64,000 bases of DNA, from positions 18,392 to 82,391 of the forward strand of contig JBGQGY010000002.1 in the NCBI GenBank assembly GCA_041497675.1, in the 5' to 3' direction. The translations under genes were made by a program, and so were the position numbers. The notes under the pieces are model-generated. The model searched no databases, was not told the DNA's origin, and saw nothing but the letters and a program-made list of their open reading frames with translations. This stretch comes from a bacterium (GTDB lineage Bacteria > Sysuimicrobiota > Sysuimicrobiia > Sysuimicrobiales > Humicultoraceae). Shown here in pieces: positions 19,628-28,506 of the stretch (the first letter of the stretch is position 1; each line of letters begins with the position of its first letter).

Positions 19628-21223
19628 TTATGTGCGGTTGGGGACCGTTGACGCCGGCGCCGCCAGAGCGGTCCGGTCGGTCTTGCCCGTCGACGTCTTG
19701 GGTAGGGCCGGCACAAACTCAAAGATCTCCGGCAGCATGTATCGGGGCAGCAGCCCGGCGCAGAACTTCGTCAGGTCGCCGTCGTCCACGGCCGGGTTGT
19801 TCGTCACGACGAAGGCCTTGATCCGACTACCCACCACATCGTCCGGGATGGCGATGACGGCGCATTCGGCCACGGCCGGGTGCGCGGAGAGCGCCGACTC
19901 GATGTCGCCCAACTCGATGCGGTACCCCCGACTCTTGATCTGGTGATCCCGGCGCCCCAGAAAGATGGTGTGGCCGTCCGCACGTCGCCGGACCAGGTCG
20001 CCCGTCCGATAGACTCGGCCTTTCATCGGTCCTGACGGATTCTGCAGGAACGCCCGGGTCGTGCGCTCCGTATCCCCCCAATAGCCCTGCGCCACCGTGT
20101 CGCCCCGCACCTGGAGTTCACCGACCTCCCCGTCGGCCATCGGCTGTCCCGACTCGCCGACCACAAACACGTCGACGCCGCCGATGGGCACACCGATAGG
20201 AATAGACTCGGTCTGGTCTGCCGGCAAGAGCGGTACCGGGTAATACGTGCAGACGTTGGTCTCCGTCGGCCCATAGAGGTTGGTGAACACCGCGTGCGGT
20301 ACCAACCCCATCAGCGCCCGCAGGTGTTTGGTCGGGAACACCTCACCCGCAAAGATCAGGTGCCGGAGCGTGCGCAACCGCCCAACGGTCAGGTTGCCGC
20401 GCAGCACCAGAAGCGTCAGCACGGAGGGTACCGAGTACCACATCGTGATGCCGCGGTCCTCGATGAACCTGGCCAGCTGCACCGGAAAGACCGAGATCTC
20501 GGGAGGGACGATGGCCAGGGCCGCTCCGGCCATCGCCGCCGCGAAGATATCGAGGATCGTCAGATCGAAGTGCAGCGGCGCATGATTCGAGAACACGTCC
20601 TCGGGCGTCCCGCCAAAGTAATCATGACACCACCCAACAAACGCCAGCGCGTTTCGGTGCGACAGCATCACGCCCTTCGGTTGTCCCGTCGATCCCGACG
20701 TGTACAGGATATAGGCCAGGTCGCCGCTGCTGCCCTCGACGGTGTGCGCGGCGGTCGGCGCGGCTTCCAGCGCATCGGTCCCCAGGCACCGTACGCCTTC
20801 CGGTGTAGCGCCTTCGTCACCTCGGGCGTCCAGGACGACCAGGTGCTGGAGCGGGGCACCCGCGCCTACGAGCCCGCTCCACTCTCGAGATTTCTCCCGA
20901 TGCGTCACCAGGCAGCGGACTCCACAGTCGCGGGTAATATACCCCAGACGCTGGGCCGGGGCGGCCGGGTCCAGCGGTACATAGGCGGCACCGGCCTTGA
21001 GGATGCCGTAGATGCCCACGATGGCCTCGTTACATTTGTTCAAGAAGAGGCCGACGCGATCGCCCGGGCGGATTCCGGCTTCGCGCAGCGCAAACGCCAG
21101 TTGATCGGCGCGACGGTCGAGCTGCGCGTACGTCATGACCCCGCGTGTATCCCGCAGCGCAATGCGACCCGGGAATCGGTTCGCGGCCTCCGCAACGAGG
21201 TGGGGCAACAGCACCGCGTTCAC
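19628..21223 (-). CDS. Stand-alone adenylation enzyme, predicted L-proline-activating (PltF/RedM/CloN4-like)
   Basis: A3 YTSGSTGQPKG, A4 FDLT, A5 NLYGPTE, YRTGD, A10 KTSTGK; hand-extracted specificity code DLLYIALVCK; GTG 21223 overlaps the upstream stop (GTGA). Confidence 0.88.
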   Translation of the reverse strand: MNAVLLPHLVAEAANRFPGRIALRDTRGVMTYAQLDRRADQLAFALREAGIRPGDRVGLFLNKCNEAIVGIYGILKAGAAYVPLDPAAPAQRLGYITRDCGVRCLVTHREKSREWSGLVGAGAPLQHLVVLDARGDEGATPEGVRCLGTDALEAAPTAAHTVEGSSGDLAYILYTSGSTGQPKGVMLSHRNALAFVGWCHDYFGGTPEDVFSNHAPLHFDLTILDIFAAAMAGAALAIVPPEISVFPVQLARFIEDRGITMWYSVPSVLTLLVLRGNLTVGRLRTLRHLIFAGEVFPTKHLRALMGLVPHAVFTNLYGPTETNVCTYYPVPLLPADQTESIPIGVPIGGVDVFVVGESGQPMADGEVGELQVRGDTVAQGYWGDTERTTRAFLQNPSGPMKGRVYRTGDLVRRRADGHTIFLGRRDHQIKSRGYRIELGDIESALSAHPAVAECAVIAIPDDVVGSRIKAFVVTNNPAVDDGDLTKFCAGLLPRYMLPEIFEFVPALPKTSTGKTDRTALAAPASTVPNRT

Positions 21224-22365
21224 AGCCCGAGGCCTCCGGCGATGATGTTCCGCTGGATCTCCGACGTCCCCGAGTACAGCCGGCTTCCAACGGCGTCGCG
21301 AAGTTCGCGTTCCAATTCGTACTCGGCCGTGTATCCGTATCCGCCGTGAATCTGCACCGCGTCGAGGCTGGATTCCACAAAACATTCGCTCAAATAGAGC
21401 TTAACCATCGCCGATTCCATCGCCGTGCGTTTGCCCTGAGTCTTCAACCAGCCTACCTTGTACAGCAAGAGCCGCGCGGTCTCGAGCCGGACCTTCATGT
21501 CGGCGATCCGGTGCGCCACGGCCTGAAACTTGCCGATAGGCTGACCAAACTGTGTCCGCTCCTTCGCGTGCGCGACGCACCGTTCGAGCTGCCGCTGCAT
21601 CGTCCCTACCGCCGTCGCGAGTATGCAGGTACGCTCCCAGTCCATCGACGTGTTGAAGATCGTCGAGCCGGCGCCTGGAGCACCCAGCAGGTTCTCATCG
21701 GGAACCTCGCAACCGTCCAGGGCCAGCTCGCCCATCGGGGATGTTCGGAGTCCCATCTTGTGTATCTGACCGGCTACCGACAGACCCGGTGTCTGCCGCT
21801 CCACAATGAAGGCCGAGAGCCCGGCAAATCCCATCGCTGGATCAGTCCGGGCAAATACGAGAAAGACATCGGCGACGGGAGCATTCGTGATGAACGTCTT
21901 GCTGCCGGCGATCACATACCCACCGCTCGTCTTACGGGCCGTGGCACGAAGGCTGAATGCGTCCGAGCCGGACATCGGTTCGGTCATGGCCTGGACGCCG
22001 ATCATGGTCCCGTCGCACAGCCGGGGTAAGTAACGCTCCTTTTGGTCTTCTCGCCCGAACTTCCACAAAGGGAGCTGAAAACTCCACATCTGCGCGTTGA
22101 GGGAGAATAACAGCCCGTTGTCTCTGCACGCGTATCCAAGCGCTTCCAGCGCGATCAGCGTCGTCAACGGGTCCAGACCGCCACCGCCATAGGCCTCAGG
22201 AAACGGCAACCCTTGAATCCCAAATGTGCCGCATTTCTCCCACAGCGCGCGCGAAAAATCGCCGTGCAGATCACGTGTCAACAGGTCGTCACGCAGTTCG
22301 CGCTCGGCGAACCGTGTCACGGCCTGCTGAAGCTGCTCTTGGTCTTTGGTCAGCGAGAAGTCCAT
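21220..22365 (-). CDS. Acyl-CoA dehydrogenase family, predicted L-prolyl-PCP dehydrogenase (PltE/RedW/CloN3-like)
   Basis: EALGYACRDNGLLFSLNAQMW, TEPMSGSD, KMGLRTSPMGE, DWERTCI, QIHGGYGY, YSGTSEIQR; coupled to the A-domain gene. Confidence 0.85.
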   Translation of the reverse strand: MDFSLTKDQEQLQQAVTRFAERELRDDLLTRDLHGDFSRALWEKCGTFGIQGLPFPEAYGGGGLDPLTTLIALEALGYACRDNGLLFSLNAQMWSFQLPLWKFGREDQKERYLPRLCDGTMIGVQAMTEPMSGSDAFSLRATARKTSGGYVIAGSKTFITNAPVADVFLVFARTDPAMGFAGLSAFIVERQTPGLSVAGQIHKMGLRTSPMGELALDGCEVPDENLLGAPGAGSTIFNTSMDWERTCILATAVGTMQRQLERCVAHAKERTQFGQPIGKFQAVAHRIADMKVRLETARLLLYKVGWLKTQGKRTAMESAMVKLYLSECFVESSLDAVQIHGGYGYTAEYELERELRDAVGSRLYSGTSEIQRNIIAGGLGL

Positions 22366-22390
22366 CGACGCAAACGCTCCATGTCCTGCA

Positions 22391-23287
22391 TCAAACGGCG
22401 GGAATCGTGCGCGTGAGCCACGCAGCCGACGCCTCCACGATCACTCTCGGGGAGGGCATGGGACTATCGACAAAGGCCCACGCCCCTTCGCCGAGGATCA
22501 CCGTGGCTTCGACGGAACAGCCGGCCGCAACCAACGCATCTTGCAGCCTCGCGAACTCGGGCTTGACGGCCTGTTGGGGGCTGATCTGCACCAACAGGAC
22601 CGGCCGGGCGCCGGCGGCAGCCAATTGCGTCAGGCTCCGGCCTTCCGCGCTGTTGTACAACGCGCGGTGAATTGGATATCCCAACGTATCCAGCACGCCC
22701 ACGGCAGCCACGCGCTCCACGGCCTGCGTCACGGTCAAAGCGCTCGCACCCCCGGCGAGGGCGCTGATCTGGCTCGCGCGGAAGATCTCTCGAAAATATC
22801 CCCGACCGTCCATGACGGGTTCCCACAGAATTAGCGGAGCGCCGGGATGTTGCAGCGCCGTGAGCGCGGCAACCAGACCGCCCCACCGTCCGCCGCAAAA
22901 CGCCAACGCGGAAACTCCAGTGCGGGTCTTGAGATACTCGACCGCCGCGGCGGTGTCCTCAAGCATCGTATCGAGGGTCGTGTCGTCAAACGCGCCACTG
23001 CTGTGCCCGGTCCCGCGGTAGTGGAAGCGAATCGTCGCGAGTCCGGCCTTCGCGAAGGCCCGCGCGGTCAGGACATGGGTACCGTACATCTTGTGCTCTT
23101 CGGCGAGCATTCCCTGGCACATCACCACACCGGCGCGCGGCGCCGCTTCACCCCGGTGAACCACGCAAAAGAGCTCCCCGTGCTGCGTGGGGAGAAACAT
23201 CGCATCCTCGTACACCTGCTCCGCCGGATCGACATACCGGGCGACGCGCGGCGGAACGGTCATGCCCACACTTTCAACCCTTGCCAT
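22391..23287 (-). CDS. Alpha/beta-hydrolase-fold protein with Arg at the nucleophile position
   Basis: AEEHK, RFHYRGTGHSSG, elbow CGGRWGG, LILWEPVMDG; resembles exosortase-associated 'hydrolase 2' type. Confidence 0.75.
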   Translation of the reverse strand: MARVESVGMTVPPRVARYVDPAEQVYEDAMFLPTQHGELFCVVHRGEAAPRAGVVMCQGMLAEEHKMYGTHVLTARAFAKAGLATIRFHYRGTGHSSGAFDDTTLDTMLEDTAAAVEYLKTRTGVSALAFCGGRWGGLVAALTALQHPGAPLILWEPVMDGRGYFREIFRASQISALAGGASALTVTQAVERVAAVGVLDTLGYPIHRALYNSAEGRSLTQLAAAGARPVLLVQISPQQAVKPEFARLQDALVAAGCSVEATVILGEGAWAFVDSPMPSPRVIVEASAAWLTRTIPAV

Positions 23288-23318
23288 GGCACCCTCCTGA
23301 TCGACACACGGGTATCAT

Positions 23319-24956
23319 TCAGCGTGCCGTGACGCGATAGACGCCGTATTCGGCATCCTCATATGCGGGGTGCAGGCGACCGCAAGTCCCATCGGTTTGC
23401 GCCCGTCGAAGCACCACGTGAGTCACGGCATAGCGGCGCACCACATCCGAAAGCGTCTGGCAAACCAGCGCCGGATCGTTGAGCCGAGACAGCCCCCAGG
23501 CCGTTTCAGACCGAGAAACCCACTCGACCAGTTCCACGTCCTTGTACGGAATAGATTTGCGATCGACGAAGACCGGGGCGCCCGTGTAGAGCCGGAACCG
23601 CTCCAGCACAGGGGGGATCAGGTACAGATCGCCAAGAGACTTGGTCCTTCGCACGAAGTCCATCACGGGCACGCTGGCATCCTGTCTGTCCTCGTCCGCG
23701 AGTCGTTGCGTGTACTGCCAGCCGCCGACCATGAGCAACACGAGGGCCACGGCGCATCCCCATGTCAGGAGACGTTCTCGTTGGGCAGTGTCTTTCACAA
23801 ACCGACTGTCGAACCAGGACACAAGAGCGGCCGCCAGCACACTTGTCGCTACCGGAACCACATACACGGACAACCGCCACGGAAACAGCAATGCCAGGCC
23901 GGGGCTTCCCGATACCACCTGGACCACGGTGAGCACGACACCGACCACCGTGGAGATCAGCAGCACGGCGAAGAGCCGTGGCGATCGCCGGGCGACGACA
24001 AGTCCGGCACACACCAAGACTATTTGCACGTACGCAGGCGTGCCGAGCCACCGGTGGACAAGTGCATGGTGTTGCAACCGCACATTCATCAGAACGTCCT
24101 GCGCGGCCGCCCATGCCGATGGGGAGGTCGGACGGAACGCGACCACCACGTACGCGGCCATTGGCAGCAGCAGCAGCGCTCCGAGAATCCCGATACCGAC
24201 GGCCTGCCGAGTATCTCGAGTCTCCTTGATGATGACGAGTACGTACGACAGGATCAGCACGCCGGCTGCCAGCAGGTACGCGGGATGCAAGATGGCGGCC
24301 GCGGCTCCGTGGACGACGGCGACCTTCCGACGGTCTTGTGCGAACGCGTGGATGGACGCGATGAGGAACACTCCGGCCATACTCGGCTGCAGAATATCTC
24401 CCATCAGGAACTGCCCGGCAACACCATTCGTGAATACCGCCCGCAGGTCGATGCCGAGGGTCGGCAGCGACAGCGCGGCCAGCAGCGCCGAGTGTATCCC
24501 CAACAACAGCATCACGTACGCCGCCAGCCTGGTCCGTGAGGCGTCCACCGGCACAGTGCGCAAAGTCAGACCGATGAGCCCGCTAAAGTAGACGCCGGCC
24601 AGAACCATGAAGTAGACGAAAAACAACCCCTCGTGAAGATAGCGCGTAGTCAACTCGACCAGGAAGCTGAATATGGGCGTCGGGTCAACCGTCGTCGCCA
24701 GCCAGTCGTGGCGCAGGAGACCCACGCCGGCCCGGGCAAATCCATGAAGGAAGTATTGATTTTGATTCGATGTGTACAGCGGCGCCTGTCCGTAGATCAC
24801 ACCCCCGACAATCGCCAGGATGGCGAACGTGCCCAGGCGCAGGAGCATGACGCGAACGGCGGCCACGCTCCCGGATGGCCATGCCGGAGCGGGTTCGACC
24901 TTCGGCCCCGCCTCGGTGGCGGTTGCCCGCCCGGCGTCCAGGCTGAAGCCCTTCAT
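23319..24956 (-). CDS. Polytopic membrane protein, GT-C/DUF6798-like (copy 2)
   Basis: YTSNQNQYF...DWLATTVDP, FPWR, FRLYTGAPVFVDRKSIPY; start at ATG 24956 (ATGA overlap). Confidence 0.7.
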   Translation of the reverse strand: MKGFSLDAGRATATEAGPKVEPAPAWPSGSVAAVRVMLLRLGTFAILAIVGGVIYGQAPLYTSNQNQYFLHGFARAGVGLLRHDWLATTVDPTPIFSFLVELTTRYLHEGLFFVYFMVLAGVYFSGLIGLTLRTVPVDASRTRLAAYVMLLLGIHSALLAALSLPTLGIDLRAVFTNGVAGQFLMGDILQPSMAGVFLIASIHAFAQDRRKVAVVHGAAAAILHPAYLLAAGVLILSYVLVIIKETRDTRQAVGIGILGALLLLPMAAYVVVAFRPTSPSAWAAAQDVLMNVRLQHHALVHRWLGTPAYVQIVLVCAGLVVARRSPRLFAVLLISTVVGVVLTVVQVVSGSPGLALLFPWRLSVYVVPVATSVLAAALVSWFDSRFVKDTAQRERLLTWGCAVALVLLMVGGWQYTQRLADEDRQDASVPVMDFVRRTKSLGDLYLIPPVLERFRLYTGAPVFVDRKSIPYKDVELVEWVSRSETAWGLSRLNDPALVCQTLSDVVRRYAVTHVVLRRAQTDGTCGRLHPAYEDAEYGVYRVTAR

Positions 24957-25729
24957 GTGCCCGCCTTGTGGGCCACGCACAGCAGCGACAGCCCCAGCGG
25001 AAGATCCATCACCCGGATCAAACTTCGCTCCAGTAGCAGCACGCGATACGCCAACCAGTTCCACGGGTTGGCGAGGTCGAGTGGATCAGCCTGCGGTCTT
25101 GCGTCACGACGCACCGCCGATATCAAGCGGACGGCCACCGCGACGGGAAGCAGCAGGGCGTTGAAGTAGGTGACCCGCACGACCTGAAACCCGCACGCCT
25201 CAAGGAGCCGCCGGATCTCGCCACGCGAGTAGCGCCGGACATGTCCCAGGGCCCTGTCGTGTTCGCTGTACAACCACGACAGCGCGGGGACGGTGATGAG
25301 CAACGTGCCGCCAGGTTTCAGCACGCGAAAGCACTCGCGAAGCACGCGTCCGTCGTCCTCCACGTGCTCGAGGACATCGGTGATCCCCGCCAGATCCAGC
25401 GCGTCCCCTCGTAGCGGCATGCCCTCAAGCGTCCCGATAGCCAGGTTTCGATATCCCCGCGTGCGGCACACGGCGACTGCCAATGGCGAGATGTCAATGC
25501 CCACGACCTCACCATGCGCACGCAGGACGTCGGCCATCCCGCCGGCGCCGCATCCAAGATCACCGACGGTGCCGTTCGCGGCGCCGTTCAATTGACTCTC
25601 TAAGACCGCCCGGACGAGATCCCGGCGGCCGCGGACCCACCAAGAGGTCTGGTCGGACTGGGCCAGGCGGGCGATCTCCTGTTCGTTGGGCCCAAACGCC
25701 TCGGGGTGATGGTCGACGCCGGTCGACAC
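24953..25729 (-). CDS. Class I SAM-dependent methyltransferase
   Basis: WWVRGRR, DLGCGAG, DVLEH, LKPGG, HDRALGHVRRYS; this type is commonly next to GT2 genes. Confidence 0.88.
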   Translation of the reverse strand: MSTGVDHHPEAFGPNEQEIARLAQSDQTSWWVRGRRDLVRAVLESQLNGAANGTVGDLGCGAGGMADVLRAHGEVVGIDISPLAVAVCRTRGYRNLAIGTLEGMPLRGDALDLAGITDVLEHVEDDGRVLRECFRVLKPGGTLLITVPALSWLYSEHDRALGHVRRYSRGEIRRLLEACGFQVVRVTYFNALLLPVAVAVRLISAVRRDARPQADPLDLANPWNWLAYRVLLLERSLIRVMDLPLGLSLLCVAHKAGT

Positions 25730-25730
25730 C

Positions 25731-26528
25731 TTAGGGCTTCTCCGAGAGCGCCGGCGGCTGCCGATCGTTGACGACCGCAGCCATAGCCGTCACATCATAC
25801 TGGTTGGTCCGCAGCCAGTAGGCGATCCTCACCATGTCACGGAACATGCTCAGGCTGTCGCGCCCGAGGCTCACCTTGCTGTGGTTCACATGCGACCAGC
25901 GCACCGGCACCTCGACCAGACGGTAGGCTGCCTGTGCGGCCAATCCCAAGACTTCCACGTCAAAGGCGAATCCGTCGATCTTTGCGTGGGCGAACAGCCG
26001 CCGGGCGACCGAGCCGCGGAAGAGCTTGAACCCGCACTGCGTGTCGAACACCCCGGGCAGGATGGCGAGCTGCACAAACACGTTGAACAGCCGCCCCATC
26101 ATTTCGCGGTAGATGGGCTGGCGCAGGACGAGTCGCGAGCCACGCATTCCTCGAGAACCGATCGCAATGTCGGCTCCCGCGTTAATCGGCGCCAGGAGAG
26201 ATTCGAATTCCTCAATCGGGGTTGCGAGATCCGCGTCGGTCACCAGGATGAGATCACCGGTCGAGGTCGCGACCCCGCGTCTTACCGCGCTGCCTTTGCC
26301 TTCATTGCGTGGACCCCGCACCAGTTGGATCGACGGGTGGGTGCGCTGAAGAGTGTTGACGATCTCACCCGTTGCGTCGACACTCCCGTCATCCGACACA
26401 ATAATGTCGTGCGGCTCGTGCCGACCATTCATGTACTCTGCAATCATGGTAATGGTTCTTTCGATCCGCCGCTCTTCGTTAAAAGCCGGCACCACGATTG
26501 ATACGTGCTGATGCCCCGGTCTCTCCAT
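25731..26528 (-). CDS. GT2 polyprenyl-phosphate glycosyltransferase (DPM/ALG5-like)
   Basis: VPAFNEE, DDGSVD, NEGKGSAV, DAD, GSR, DTQCGFKLF, FAFDVEVL. Confidence 0.92.
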   Translation of the reverse strand: MERPGHQHVSIVVPAFNEERRIERTITMIAEYMNGRHEPHDIIVSDDGSVDATGEIVNTLQRTHPSIQLVRGPRNEGKGSAVRRGVATSTGDLILVTDADLATPIEEFESLLAPINAGADIAIGSRGMRGSRLVLRQPIYREMMGRLFNVFVQLAILPGVFDTQCGFKLFRGSVARRLFAHAKIDGFAFDVEVLGLAAQAAYRLVEVPVRWSHVNHSKVSLGRDSLSMFRDMVRIAYWLRTNQYDVTAMAAVVNDRQPPALSEKP

Positions 26529-26605
26529 GCTGAATCCTCCTGCGCACTCTCAGCGTTGTCGCGGCGGTTCCACAGCAGGACTCGCCGAAACCAGCGCCGC
26601 GTGCG

Positions 26606-28273
26606 TCATTCCTGCCCGCAGCTCCACGAGACGCTGAGGACCTCGTAGGCGATGAACTCCGGGAATCTCGCCAGCTCCCGCACTGGGAGCGATGGCTCGC
26701 CCCGGAGCAGCTTCTCGATCGTGCGACCGTACCGCCGGCCCATGGCTTGAGGATCCAGCCCGCCGTCTTCGGCGCGCAGGATCAGGTACGGGTGCTCCCA
26801 CCCCAGCGTGGTCAGGGTACTCGCGATGCGCCGGCAATCGCGGTCAAACCGATCGCCACCACGGTACTCGAGGAAAGACGCAAACGACACCACGGGCCGG
26901 TCGAGATAAAACGTATAGTCGAAGCCCCCGTTGCCGACAATCGGCGCACCTGGAGGTGTATTGGCCGCCACCCACTTGACCCACACAGGCGGATCATCAG
27001 GGTGCAACCGCGGGCCACCCGCGGCCATCGCCCGGGGGAGCACCACGCCCGCCACCACGGCCACACAGACAACGGCGACGACCCATGGCAGCGCGCGCCG
27101 CGCCGGGGCCGCGACGATGCTCACAAACACGGCGACCGCGCCGCTGACGCTGACGAGCGCCAACGGATACCCCGGCATCAGCATCCGCGTGCTCAATGAC
27201 ATGAAGCCCATCACCAGATGCGCGACGAGCATCCCGGCCCAAAACCCGGCCCAAAGCATGATCAGGAAGCGACGCTCCGCCGTCCCGATCGAGCTCGCAA
27301 GCGCGGCCCTGACCCCTGCGCGGACTCGGTCGCTGCGAAGCAGACCGTACAGCAGCACGCCCCCCCCCGCGAGCACCAGAAGGATCACCGCCCGCCGATC
27401 GACGTTGGCCATCTCAGGCAGGACCAAGACCCGCGACAACAGCTCGAGGGCGTCGGCGGCGATAGTCTTCACGGCGTACGCCGCATGGTACACCAATCCG
27501 CGTTCGTCGGGCGGACGTCCGGCTCCAATCAACGAACCGGTAACGACGACGTTGCGTATTAAGAACGCCACTGGGGGGATAGCGGCGCAGACAGACCACA
27601 CTGCTGTGACCGCCAGCCGCTCTCTGAGTGCGCGTCCCTGAAGATTCACGATCAGGCCCACGGCGCCAATCGGAATCAGCGCCAGCGCCGCGTATCGGGT
27701 GAGCGAGGCCGCTCCCATCGCCAGTCCTCCGAGAGCGGCGATAAGCAATACCCGCGCCGTCGTGGGTTGCGGACGAAGCAGCCTCACGGTAATGACCGCG
27801 CACAGCACCACGAACAACACGAACAGGTTCTCGGACAGCGCCATGCCGGCGGTACGGGCCACCGGCGGCCACACCGCGAGGAGTAGCGCAGTGATGGTTC
27901 CGACACTGCGATCGAATACGGCCGAGCCCAGCACCCAGACCAGCGCCACGGTGAGGCCAAATGCCGCTATGGACACCAGTTTTGTCGCCTCGGGAGCAGG
28001 CACGCCAAGTTTTGTCACCGCAGCCGCGGCCCCCGGGTAGAGAGGAGGCCAAAACGATATGGGTGACGGCATCTTCGCCGGGTAGTAGGGAGCGAGCAGG
28101 CGCGTGGACATGCCTTCGCCGGCCGCGATGCGCCGCGTGAAGTCCACGTACCCCATCTCCATAGGATCCCGGAACGGTGGCGTGTGGGCCGTCTCGAGTA
28201 GCGCGACGACCATCGCCAGTAGTGCCAAGATCACGGCGGGTAGGGCGCCGACACGCGGCGCAACACGGTTCAT
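26606..28273 (-). CDS. GT-C (ArnT/PMT_2-like) membrane glycosyltransferase, copy 1
   Basis: FRDPMEMGY loop, WPPLYP, ALSENLF, LTRY; true start ATG 28273 (the ORF-track extension overlaps the small gene upstream). Confidence 0.8.
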   Translation of the reverse strand: MNRVAPRVGALPAVILALLAMVVALLETAHTPPFRDPMEMGYVDFTRRIAAGEGMSTRLLAPYYPAKMPSPISFWPPLYPGAAAAVTKLGVPAPEATKLVSIAAFGLTVALVWVLGSAVFDRSVGTITALLLAVWPPVARTAGMALSENLFVLFVVLCAVITVRLLRPQPTTARVLLIAALGGLAMGAASLTRYAALALIPIGAVGLIVNLQGRALRERLAVTAVWSVCAAIPPVAFLIRNVVVTGSLIGAGRPPDERGLVYHAAYAVKTIAADALELLSRVLVLPEMANVDRRAVILLVLAGGGVLLYGLLRSDRVRAGVRAALASSIGTAERRFLIMLWAGFWAGMLVAHLVMGFMSLSTRMLMPGYPLALVSVSGAVAVFVSIVAAPARRALPWVVAVVCVAVVAGVVLPRAMAAGGPRLHPDDPPVWVKWVAANTPPGAPIVGNGGFDYTFYLDRPVVSFASFLEYRGGDRFDRDCRRIASTLTTLGWEHPYLILRAEDGGLDPQAMGRRYGRTIEKLLRGEPSLPVRELARFPEFIAYEVLSVSWSCGQE

Positions 28274-28299
28274 GGCATGCTCTCGCGACACTCGGTGGC

Positions 28300-28479
28300 T
28301 TAGAACAGTGTGTAGATGAACGGCGCCAATCCCGTGGCCGCCGCGAGCACGAACAACAGCGCGAACACGACCAGAACCAGGATGAGAGGCGTCGCCCACC
28401 AGCGCTTCATGTGCCACAGAGACCTGAAAAGTTCACCCACGATCTGCAGTGACGCTCCAATCGCTCTCAACACGTTCAC
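28300..28479 (-). CDS. 59-aa single-TM protein, DUF5989/SxtK-like, ending in FIYTLF
   Basis: Hand translation MNVLRAIGASLQIVGELFRSLWHMKRWWATPLILVLVVFALLFVLAAATGLAPFIYTLF*; GTG start behind GAGGAGG; absent from the ORF track (<60 aa). Confidence 0.85.
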   Translation of the reverse strand: MNVLRAIGASLQIVGELFRSLWHMKRWWATPLILVLVVFALLFVLAAATGLAPFIYTLF

Positions 28480-28506
28480 AGCGCATTCCTCCTCTGTTCC
28501 TTCAGC

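Noticed and set aside
19308..21223. dltA/dltC teichoic-acid D-alanylation system
   Set aside because: The specificity code is Pro-type, the gene is coupled to a dehydrogenase, and no DltB MBOAT is present.
15413..22365. Pyoluteorin/prodigiosin/tetrabromopyrrole small-molecule BGC
   Set aside because: No PKS/NRPS, no PCP-thioesterase fusion and no drug exporter in the window. Not fully excluded, since partners (and the missing flavin reductase and PPTase) could act in trans.
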